DNA of 20,000 bases from Chiloscyllium plagiosum (lineage: Eukaryota), in the NCBI RefSeq assembly GCF_004010195.1, contig NC_057711.1:72740395-72760394 (forward strand), written 5' to 3'. The notes under the pieces were generated by a model. The model had not been told where the DNA came from and made no database searches. It saw nothing but the letters and a program-made list of their open reading frames with translations. Made by a program: the position numbers and the translations under genes. This document shows positions 9,391 to 18,630 of this stretch, in pieces; the stretch's first letter is position 1; each line of letters starts with the position of its first letter.

Positions 9391-11564
9391 TGTATGATTT
9401 CAGTTAATCTTCTTTATTTTCGTATTGCATTCCATTTTGTTGTCTGGTTCATCTTTAAACAAGTTACAGACAAATCCAACCAAAATGTCATGAATGAATT
9501 TGCCCAGGTGTCTTACAACACCAAACGGTCAAATAAATATGTTATTAGCCAACATTTAAAATGTACATTCACAAACCCAATTGTATATATGTACTTATGT
9601 ATGCCTGGCAGAATAGACTTCTCCCATCAAGTTCCGGTGAGTATAAACTTTGTCACTAACTTGTATCCTTTATAACAAGGCATTTCTTTGTGTAAGCACT
9701 CAATATTTTAAGGGTGAAACCTTTCCATGTTAATTAGCTTGTATGCAGCCTGGCTTGTTTTTAAAAATGAACAGTAATAGAAGTGGATCTTCTCCAGCTC
9801 AACAAGCCTTCCCAAAGAGACAGTCACATTGGCGAGGCTGGCAAAGCTGGCCAGGGCATGTCTGCACTAAAAACCAGGCACAACTCAAAAAGCATCTTTA
9901 GTGATTATGGCCATGCCTCATGGTGAAAAGTTACCTGAGGCATACACTTTCCAAGTTATAATGAAAGGTCATTGACCTGATGGTGTGTGAGTTATGGAAT
10001 GTTTCAGCTCTTTTTATGTTTTAAGTGTGAATCCTGGCAGATGTGTGAAAGGCAGGACCACTGTGGTGCCAATAGTGCTAATTGGTAACTGCAATGAAGT
10101 GTTGTATTGCATGCGCAGTATATCCAACTTCCTATGTGGTAGTCCTCTGCAGTGTTGCCATGTTTACTCATACTCATAGAAGCATCCAATATTTTGTAGA
10201 GAGTAATGAAATGCAGCACTTCATTCATCCTTGAGCAGCATTGGAGCCAGGTTCTGTTGACGTGTTTATGGGCGCTGCCATCTGCAGTCATCACTGTCCA
10301 GACTGCCTTTGTCAGTCATAAAGCAACTTGTTGTCATCGCTAGAGATCAATGTTACAAACAAAAACAAATTAGAATCTATCATGCAATGTAACACTCCCT
10401 TGTGTCCCTCGTGGCTCAGATATTTAATTACCCCTATCCTTGGGAACATTCAAAGGACAAATATTTGCTTTGTGCATTATTATAGGAGAACAGTTCAATC
10501 AGAAAAAAAAAGACTTTACATTCAGAATGTGTAAGCATTGTAACATAATTATAACAAGGTTATCAAGTGACGGTCAGAACTGGATTGTTGACAATTATGC
10601 CGCTATTTATTATTACTGAATATCAATTTGCACTCATTAATTCAGCTCATGAATATGTTTTTAAAAAGAAAACACGACAAAAGTTATTAATCCCTCCCTG
10701 TGTGGGTCAGTCCTAATTAAAAGATCAAAATTGTGCTTCACTGACATCATATCTTCCTGCTTTGAACTTTAACTCAAATTGAAAGATGTTCCGTCCCGTT
10801 CTATATGGACCAGCCTGCAAAACCCATTGGGATTGGTTTCTGAAATCTCCTGAAGAAATATAAATAGGCACACATCAATGTTCACTGCTGCAGAATGCAC
10901 AATGTTGCTTTCCAGACAGGTGTGCATTTGGAGGAAGAAAGGCAGCAGCAACAGTCTTCATCAAATAAAGAGGAATTAGGGGAAGGAAAGGATTCTGGGT
11001 AACATCCACACCTTTCACCGAGAAATCACAAAGATCAGTTCATAACTCAGAATTTCTATTGAGCTTCTCAAATCCCTCCCCTCAGAACTTATGCAAAATC
11101 CCTCTGCATGACATTCCTTCTTACATTTTTTACCGCTCCTTTCAGTCTGCATTGAAGGATATCAAACCATTCAGGCAACTTCTGCACTGGTTATATTCTA
11201 ACCACGCTGACTGAAAACAAAAACTATGGCAATAAACCGCTTGACAGACCAAAGCCCCAAAGGTGATTATTTAATGCCAAATGTAATAAATACCTCCCAT
11301 TTATTTCTCACCCATGTGGCCAACCAAAAGCTATTTTTTTCAAAGGAGGTTTCCTAATTCTATTATTTCTACAAGATGTTCCCCTGCGACCAAAGCAAAG
11401 CTGGGAGAAAACTCTTGAGAATTCATGGCCATTGACCAAGGGTGTAACACCCTTTAAGTGTCAGAATTTTCTGGTCTAAGTTTTTTGCTGACAAGATAAC
11501 AGGCACTTGTGGAGGGAGAAAGATGTATGGTGGTGTTGTGAGGGGGAACATGAATGAATGTTAC

Positions 11565-12075
11565 TAAAGAAAGGATGAACTGCCACTGGAGGGGGTGCAG
11601 AGGAGGTTCATTAGATTGATTCCAGAGTTGGCAGGGTTGATTTATGAGGAGAGATTGAGTACAGTAGGACTATACTTATTGGAATTTAGAAGAATGGGGT
11701 GGGGGGCATCCTATAGAAATATATAAAACTATGAAGGGAATAGATAAGATAGAAGAAGGAGGTTGTTTCCACTCACAGGTGAAACTAGAACTAGAGGGTA
11801 TAGGGTCAAAATGAGGGGGAGTAGATTTAAGTTGAGGAAAAACCTCTTCTCCCAAAGGGTCCTGAATCTGTGGAATTCCCTGCCCAGTGAAGCAGTTGAG
11901 GCTACCTAATTGAATGGTTTTAACGCAAAGATAGATTTTTGAACAGTGAAGGAATTAAGGGTTACTTTGAGCAAGCAATAAGTGGAGCTGAGTCCATTAA
12001 AAGCTCAGCCATGATCTTATTGAATGGCAGAGCAGGCTCAACAAGTACGACCAGTCTATCCAGTCCCTCCTCACA
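11565..12075 (+). mobile_element. CR1 3' fragment (ORF2 C-terminus and 3'UTR)
   Basis: RKDELPLEGVQRRFIRLIPELAGLIYEERL..LLEFRRM; FSQRVLNLWNSLPSEAVEA; 3'UTR AGCCATGATCTTATTGAATGGCAGAGCAGGCTC. Confidence 0.88.
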
Positions 12076-12461
12076 TTGCTTATAAAAGCCAACTGTTCCA
12101 CTACACAGTTGCCACTTTTGTTGCAACATGGAGCCAACACCTTGGTCAGCTAGCTTCACTTTGTTTCCATCAAATGCGCGATAGAAATTAACATTCAGAA
12201 CATTATTACTCTGTTAATTGCTTGGCAGCATTTTTTAAGCAGCCCACTTGAAAACAGGGCACCTTTTTAACAGCATGCATTTTTCTTTAGAAGGTTAGCC
12301 TCCTCCTCACTGTCTCCCAACTGATTGACAGACCTGGTTCTCTCTTGCTCAAAGAATGCTCCAACGAGGTAACGGCTCAGAAACAGTTTGGTTTCCTGCT
12401 CTTAAGGTGTAGATTTCAAACACTGGGGGACTGAGTACTGTGCAGTTTGGAAGGATGTGAT

Positions 12462-12625
12462 TAGAATCACAGAGTCATATAGCACAGAAACAGGCCCTTC
12501 AGCCCAACTTATCCATGCAGAGCAAGTTTCCTAAACTAAATTAATCCCGTTTGCTGATGTTTGGTCCTTATCCCTTGAAACACTTCCTACCCAAATACCT
12601 GGTTGAATGTTTTTTAGATATTGTA
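12462..12625 (-). mobile_element. CR1/HER1 3' tail fragment
   Basis: Minus end ..GTTGGGCTGAAGGGCCTGTTTCTGTGCTATATGACTCTGTGATTCTA; homologous to 13591-13760. Confidence 0.8.
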
Positions 12626-12984
12626 ACAATGTTGTGATTGTGGGGTCACCTGAAATAACTATTAGGGAGGGATCAGTGATCACAATGACAGCCAGGTAAC
12701 AGAAGGAACAGTTTGATTGTAAGGGTGGAGTATATAATTGCTGATGTAGGCATGATCAGAGGAGCTTGGGGTACTGCACAAGCACTCCAGAGCAAGTTTG
12801 TGAAGAAACACTTACCTGTTCCACAGCATTGCACGGCTCCCTTTAGTTTCTGAGTTTTCGGAGGCCAAATATGAGAGTGTGAAAGGGTACGTACCAGTGG
12901 GCATGCTGAGGATATGCGTGTGTTCAGGACCATCAAGTGGGGTCAAAGCTAGGGTCACGTCAGCTGCCCAGAAATCCAATCCAG

Positions 12985-13062
12985 TAAATCTGTTTCTCTT
13001 CCTGTGGCTGCTGGCTGACCTGCTGAGTATTTCTAGCATTTTCTGTTTTTATTTCAGACTTC
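12985..13062 (+). mobile_element. Old PLE terminal-repeat fragment downstream of the HHR position
   Basis: CTGTTTCTCT..GCTG..TGACCTGCTGAGTATTTCTAGCATTTTCTGTTTTTATTTCAGA matches the PLE termini elsewhere in this window; no HHR core retained. Confidence 0.65.
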
Positions 13063-13164
13063 TGGATTGGCAGCTCTTATTTCAGAAAGGTATATTCATC
13101 TTGATTCACATGAATAATACTAGGCTTAAAGGATTACTTGGATCAGATGGGTTTAATAACTCCC

Positions 13165-13318
13165 CTTGAATTCCCTTGACTTTAGAAGGACATATGTGAT
13201 TTATTAAAGTCTGGGTCGATTGAAATTTTCAAGAGAGAGATTGACAGATTTTTATTGGATGAGATTGTCCAGGGACATGGATAAAAAGTGAGCCCACTGA
13301 GTTGAGGTACAGATCAAT
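13165..13318 (+). mobile_element. Highly degraded CR1 3' relic
   Basis: TTTAGAAGG..; TTTTCAAGAGAGAGATTGACAGATTTTTA..; GAGTTGAGGTACAGATCA parallels 11920-12015. Confidence 0.55.
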
Positions 13319-13590
13319 GTGGACACAATGACGAAACATGTAGATCCCCTTGATCGAAATTGTACTTACCTGCTGCACGAGGACTCAATTTTCAAGGGAA
13401 AGACAGTTTCTACCTGAAACACACCAGTAGAGCAAGGGAAGACCCTTTTATAAGTGGTGGCAGGCACAATATTAAACTTAACAACCTGTTGTGTCAGTGT
13501 ACCCAATTTTGAGTCCCTTACAGCCCACTAATGTCAATTTTTTTTCTGCACAAAATCAGCTCCAGTGAATCTGGGATGAACAAAAGGACT

Positions 13591-13850
13591 TATAGAGTCA
13601 TAGAGATGTACAGCATGGAAACAGACCCTTCAGTCCAACCTGTCCACACCGACCAGAATTCCCAACCCAATCTAGTCCCACCTGTCAGCACCCAGCCCAT
13701 ATCCCTCCAAACCCTTCCTATTCATATCCCCATCCAAATGCCTCTTAAATGTTGTAATTGTACCAGCCTCCACCACATCCTCTGGCAGCTCATTCCATAC
13801 ATGTACCACCCTCTGTGTTGCCCCGTAGGTCTCTTTTATATCTTTCCCTG
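13591..13850 (-). mobile_element. CR1/HER1 3' end fragment
   Basis: Minus strand ..RVVHVWNELPEDVVEAGTITTFKRHLDG; tail GGTTGGACTGAAGGGTCTGTTTCCATGCTGTACATCTCTATGACTCTAT; homologous to 18740-18982. Confidence 0.9.
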
Positions 13851-13963
13851 TCTCAGTTTGAAGTATTTGAGGAGAAAGTGAGGTCTGCAGATGCTGGAGA
13901 TCAGAGATGGAAATGTGTTGCTGGAAAAGCGCAGCAGGTCAGGCTGCATCTAGGGAACAGGAG

Positions 13964-14000
13964 AATCGACGTTTCGAGCATTAGCCCTTCTTCAGGAATT
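13964..14000 (-). ncRNA. Minimal HHR motif (left arm of the palindrome)
   Basis: Minus strand: ATTC-CTGAAGA-A-GGGC-TAAT-GCTC-GAAAC-GTC-GATTC; helix II has one G.U wobble. Confidence 0.88.
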
Positions 14001-14033
14001 CCTGAAGAAGGGCTAATGCCCGAAACGTCGATT
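13997..14033 (+). ncRNA. Minimal HHR motif (right arm of the palindrome)
   Basis: ATTC-CTGAAGA-A-GGGC-TAAT-GCCC-GAAAC-GTC-GATTC. Confidence 0.9.
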
Positions 14034-15057
14034 CTCCTGTTCCCTAGATGCTGCCTGACCTGCTGCGCTTTTCCAGCAACACATTTCCATCTCAGTTTGA
14101 AGTAGACTGTGAATTACGTCTTTCCACAAATTGGTTGGTCATTTTAATTGCAATCTCTAATGGAACATTAACTGTTGCAGGGATTTCTCTGATAGTCACC
14201 TTGCTATCCTCTGACACTTATCTGCAGAGAATGACCAAAGAAAGATCTACAAAATGGCCTTTATTACTCACTATAGCCAAGGGCACCAGAGTATTCACAG
14301 TAAACATGGCATGCTCGAGACCCTGAACAAAGTATTACGGATGCACTCTTGGATGCAGTTACAATTATGAGCTGTATAGTTATTTAAACCTGATCATTAC
14401 TAATGGTTAAGTTTACATTGTGCATAGAGTATGAGTATAATTTGGCAATCACTACATAGATACACCTATTTAATGTAATATACAATTAGTGTGAAAGCAC
14501 GTACATGCAATCAGGTCTAATTGTGCTACAGGCTACAATTTGTTCTTAACTTAGTTTATATCTGGCTTGTGTTTATCAATCATTTTCCCCTGTCTGATAT
14601 CAATGGTGTTTTAATGGCTGCTTTCAAGGCACAGAGGTTCAATGAATAAACAACCTCTTTGTGTCGCTGTGAACATTATCATTATTATTCCTTTGCTATC
14701 TCGCAGATAAGTTGGCTCCTACAACAAATGGTATGGTGATCCCACATATCTTCCCTGTGTATTGTTCAACTAGCAGGTTTATGTCCTTGTGGGTTTATCC
14801 ACAGCTAGCAGCTCACAACATGTGCCATTAAATATTGCTGGGTTTCTTTTGACCCTTTCACTGAAAAATAAACTGTTTGGGCTGAAATTTCATTGCTATG
14901 ATGGGAATCGCGAGCCAGGAGGCCTCTCTCTGTCTGAATTTCTTGGTCCTTCCTTTCCTCTCACCTCCAGATGAATGCCTCTGTCCCCTATAGGTACAAT
15001 CAGAACCACTCCACTCCCCACGCCCATTATGTACTTATGCAGCTGACAACAACTATA

Positions 15058-15152
15058 CTCGTCCTGAAGAGGGGTTACACCTGAAACGTAGACTTCTCCA
15101 CCTCCTGATGCTGCTTGGCCTGCTGTGTTCTTCCAGCCTCCTGCTTGCCTAC
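15058..15152 (+). mobile_element. PLE terminal-repeat mini-insertion with HHR at 15061-15093
   Basis: GTC-CTGAAGA-G-GGGT-TAC-ACCT-GAAAC-GTA-GAC (helix I GTC/GAC, GUA triplet); probable TSD ACAACTATA (15049-15057) / ACAATTATA (15151-15159). Confidence 0.8.
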
Positions 15153-15205
15153 AATTATATCATGGCAGTCAGGAGTTATAGCGTGAGTTCAGGAGGCTGA
15201 TAACC

Positions 15206-15325
15206 GTTGAGACTTATGCCCGAAACACTGATTTTCCTGCTCCTCGGATTCTGCCTGACCTGCTGTGCTTTTCTGGCACCACACTATCGACTCTGATCTC
15301 CAGCATCTGCAGTCTTCCCTTTCTC
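15206..15325 (+). mobile_element. PLE terminal-repeat mini-insertion truncated within the HHR; 9-bp TSD CTGATAACC
   Basis: ..CTTATGCCCGAAACAC.. then the terminal-repeat body and tail CTCTGATCTCCAGCATCTGCAG; TSD at 15197-15205 and 15326-15334. Confidence 0.85.
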
Positions 15326-15739
15326 CTGATAACCTATTCAGTAAGGGTTCTGGTCTGAATGTGGTTAACATTGGAATGGCACTGTAATATTTCTGTAGGG
15401 ACTGTGAGAATGAGAAGCAAGCTGCTTAGATAATAATGAAAACAACAAATGCTGGAGGTCACAGCAGGTCAGGCAGCATCCGTGGAGAGACAGTAGGCTA
15501 ACGTTTTGAGTCTAGATGACAGCATTTATGCGATGGTTGAGGAGGAGGGAAATGCTGGGGTGGTGGTGTGTAGAGTGCTGGGGGAAAAAGATGTTGATAG
15601 TTCAGATTAAGTGATTGGAATGTGGGAAGACAGAACAATGGCATGTCTAACTGCCAAACTGGAGAGAACAGACAGTCCCTCTGGGGTGGGAGTAGGGGAG
15701 AGAGGAGATGGTGACAGAGAATATAACAAGTAAAGTTAA

Positions 15740-16674
15740 AAGAAAGGGAAGGAATGGGAGTTGGTTCACAATCTGAAGGTGTGTGAACTCATTACTGAGC
15801 CCAGAAGGCTGTAAAGTGCCTAGTCTGAAGATGAGATGTTGTTCCTCCAGTTTGTGCTGTGATTTACTGGAGCACTGCAGCAGGCCGAGGACAGACATGT
15901 GGGCATGTGAGCAGGACATTGTGTTAAAATGACCAGCTACAGGAAGATTGAGGTCCTGCTTGCACGTGGACCGGAGGTGTTCTACAAAGCCGTCACCCAG
16001 TCTGCATTTGGTATCTCCAATGTAAGGTAGGCCACATTGGGTGCAGCAAATACAATACACAAGATTGGAGGAGGTACGGGTGAAATGATGCTTCACCTGG
16101 AAAGATTTTTTAGGCCCATGGATGGTGAGCAGGGAGGAGGTGAAGGGGTGGGTGTTGTACCTTCTGCAATTACATGGGAAGGTATCATGGGGAGGGGGGG
16201 GGGGTGGTGGTTTTAGTGGTTGAAGAAAGCAATAGGGTGTCCCAGAGGGAATGATCCCTGAGAAATACAGATGGGGGTATTGGGGGAAGATGTTTTTGAT
16301 GGTGGCATTTTTCTGGAGCTGGCTGAAATATTGGAGAATGATCCATTAAATGCGTAGGCTGGTGGGATGAAAAGTGAAGGTAAGGGGACCCGATCATGCT
16401 GTTATGAGTGATGGGAAGGGGCAAGGGCGGAGCTCGGGTGATAGGTCAGATGAGGTTGAGGTCTCTCCCAATCACAGTGGGTGGGAAACCACGGTCATGG
16501 AAGAAGGAAGTCATGTCAGCAGCACTGTTTTGAAAGGTGGCATCATCCGAACAGATACGACATAGGACGTGGGGTGTGACAAGCTGCAGTGAAGTTAGTT
16601 ATGGGAGTCAAAGGCTTTGCAACGGATAGCATGGACAGTTTATCCCTGAAATGGAGACAGAGAGGTCAAGGAAA
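15740..16674 (-). pseudogene. PLE RT C-terminus, Cys linker and GIY-YIG endonuclease relic
   Basis: FLDLSVSISG (RT end); TFPCNCRRYNTHPF linker; NLVYCICCTQCGLPYIGDTKCRLGDGFVEHL..VAGHFN..H..LEEQHLIFRLGTLQPSGL. Confidence 0.88.
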
Positions 16675-17195
16675 GCCACCACCAAACCCATCTTCCCCTG
16701 AATCCCCCATCTTCATTTTACAAGGATAATTCCCTCCGGGACCCCCTAGTTCATTCATCGAATACTAACACCATTACCTCCATTCCCATGGCACCGCTGT
16801 ATAACTGCAGAAGGTACAACTCCTGCTCCTTCACCTCCTCCCTGCTCGCCAACCAAGGGCCTAAAACAGCCTTTACAGGTGAAGTAGTATTTCACCTGTA
16901 CCTCTTTCAATCTTGTGTATTGTACTCACTGCACCCAATGTGACCAATTCTACATTGGAGAAAGCAAATGCAGACTGGGAGACCGCTTTTCAGAACACTT
17001 CCAGTCCATGCACAAGCAGGACTCCAACCTTCCCTTTAGCCGGCCATTTTAACACAGCTCCTGCTCACACACCCACATGTCTGTCCTCGGCCTGCTGCAA
17101 TGCTCCAGTGAATCAGAGGACAAACTAGAGGAACAACATCTTATCTTCTGACTCTTCTGGGCTCAATACTGAAGTTCACACAACTTCAAATTGTG
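16675..17195 (+). pseudogene. PLE linker and GIY-YIG endonuclease relic (second arm)
   Basis: NLVYCTHCTQCDQFYIGESKCRLGDRFSEHFQS..AGHFN..KLEEQHLIF. Confidence 0.85.
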
Positions 17196-17470
17196 AATCA
17201 ATTCCTATTCCTTCCCTTTCTTTTGGCTTTATTTGTTACATTCTCTGTCCCCATGACCTCTCTCCCCACATTCCCCCTCCCCCACCACACCTCACTGGCA
17301 CTGCCTGTCCTTTCCAGCCTGGCAATTAGATACATCATCATTTTGCCATTCTCACTTACCAATCACTTAATCTGAACTATCTACATCTTTTCTCCCTCCA
17401 GCACTCTACACCCCACCACCAACCCTCTCCCAACTATAGCATAAATGCTGCTCCCTCCACACTTCACTTC

Positions 17471-17509
17471 AGCTCTGATGAAGAGTCATGTAGACTCGAA
17501 ACGTTAGCT
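17471..17509 (+). ncRNA. Minimal HHR motif (intact)
   Basis: AGCT-CTGATGA-A-GAGTC-ATGTA-GACTC-GAAAC-GTT-AGCT: 4-bp helix I, 5-bp helix II, GUU triplet. Confidence 0.9.
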
Positions 17510-17924
17510 CGCTCTCTCTCTCTCTGGATGCTGCCTGACCCACTGTGATCTCCAGCATTTGTCATTTTCAGTACAGATTCCAGCATCTGCAGTAATTTGC
17601 TCCTGAGATAGTAGCCTTTGTCAACCAGAATGCTCACCCTAATGCTAAGGGTTGGGGAATTGTGGAAGAGGTAGGGCAGATTTAAATCCCACAGGTGTGA
17701 TGCAACTATAGAGTGCAGAAAAAATAAATCTATTGCAGCGCAGAACTTTTGTATTGCTGACTAAAGACATATGCTTTCCATCTTGCTTGCATGAGGACAA
17801 TTTGCAAGTATACCAATAAAGGGTAAAACTAACATTTATACTGTATGAGAGGAGAAACCAAATCAGAAGTTACAGTTCATCTGCATCTGAAGTGCTGTAA
17901 CCTGCAAGACCACTGACAAGATGC

Positions 17925-18018
17925 TGGGGAATAGAATAGAATGAGCTGTTAGTTTATTCAGCAGCAAAGATACAGTGGGCTGAATGGCCTTATTCTGTGC
18001 TGTAACTCATTTCTATGG
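17925..18018 (+). mobile_element. CR1-type 3' tail relic
   Basis: GTGGGCTGAATGGCCTTATTCTGTGCTGTAAC..TTCTATG is the typical CR1/HE1 terminal motif. Confidence 0.6.
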
Positions 18019-18449
18019 TCCTGCAGTTCCAAGAAATGAGCTTACCTGAATTACATTTAACAGGACATTTCCTTCAGACAAATCCATGAAGCAGAAAGGA
18101 TTGTCCAACATTGAACTTGAAGATCAGTTGCACCATTATGAGTAGCTGCTTCCACATTTAATCCTGTAATCACCATGTCACCTCAGTAACCTGCTGCAGG
18201 GTTACAAATTTAGCTCCTCACAAGTAATACTAAGTGACTTGGTTCATCCAGGAGCTCTTCAGGCAAGCTAATTTAAATAGTATAGGTACGTAATATGAAT
18301 CCAATACTGGCACTTAAAAAATGAGCACCCCGCAATTTAAACTAGTAAGCATCATGTTGGTCGAGCGATGTGCTGAAAACAAAATTCATGCAGAAGAAAA
18401 CAACACCATAACTGACACTTACAACTTCAAACAGATTTATTTTCAACAA

Positions 18450-18617
18450 CAAAGACAAAAATAGAAATTGTTGGAAAAGCTCAACATGTCTAGCAGCAAC
18501 TGAGGATGGGCTCGACCTGAAATGTTAACTCTAATTTCTCTCCACAGATGCTGTCAGACCGACTGAGCAATTTCTAACTTTGTCTCTGATTTACATCATC
18601 TACAGATCATTTGATTC
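18450..18617. mobile_element. Old PLE mini-insertion: short inverted arm plus a plus-strand terminal repeat with degenerate HHR (18500-18530); 13-bp TSD
   Basis: AGAAATTGTTGGAAAAGCTCAACATGTCTAGCAGCA is inverted relative to TGCTGTCAGACCGACTGAGC..AATTTCT; HHR-like CTGAGGA-T-GGG-CTCGA-CCT-GAAATGTT; TSD TTATTTTCAACAA at 18437-18449 and 18618-18630. Confidence 0.78.
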
Positions 18618-18630
18618 TTATTTTCAACAA

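Larger units (their letters stand above)
8665..9435 (-). mobile_element. CR1 3' fragment (ORF2 C-terminus and 3'UTR), interrupted by a PLE mini-insertion
   Basis: LYKTRVRPQLEYCV..SPHLRKDPLALETVQRRFTRLM on the minus strand; 3'UTR ends ..CCTACTTCTGCTCCTATT. Confidence 0.85.
13866..14093. mobile_element. Palindromic PLE mini-insertion (two head-to-head terminal repeats plus 38-nt tail); 15-bp TSD
   Basis: Arms 13904-13998 and 13999-14093 are complementary at 93/95 positions with no spacer; TSD TCTCAGTTTGAAGTA at 13851-13865 and 14090-14104. Confidence 0.95.
15437..17604. mobile_element. Neptune-type PLE, head-to-head inverted structure (minus arm 15437-16674, plus arm 16675-17604)
   Basis: Both arms encode GIY-YIG relics and end in the same terminal repeat; 15437-16306 mirrors 16675-17570. 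Confidence 0.9.

Noticed and set aside
10769..10951. Protein-coding exon after the minus-strand acceptor near 10850
   Set aside because: All three frames stop within about 40 codons and none resembles a protein I recognise.
13904..14093. Palindrome as a MITE/DNA transposon, pre-miRNA or terminator
   Set aside because: The arms are PLE terminal repeats that also occur singly; the one-sided tail and 15-bp TSD fit retrotransposition; the sequence is eukaryotic.
13531..14326. Overlapping ORFs 13531-13881, 13758-14105 and 14048-14326
   Set aside because: Chance frames across a CR1 tail and the PLE palindrome.
15428..17614. TSD for the large inverted PLE (AGATAATAA / AGATAGTAG)
   Set aside because: Only 7/9 identity in AT-rich sequence; suggestive but not relied on.
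17760..17860. Possible additional, very decayed HHR/PLE terminus on the minus strand (TTGTCCTCATGCAAGCAAGATGGAAAGC), with similar GTGCAAGATGAAAAG at about 4993
   Set aside because: The core is too mutated to call without a consensus alignment; not counted among the HHRs.
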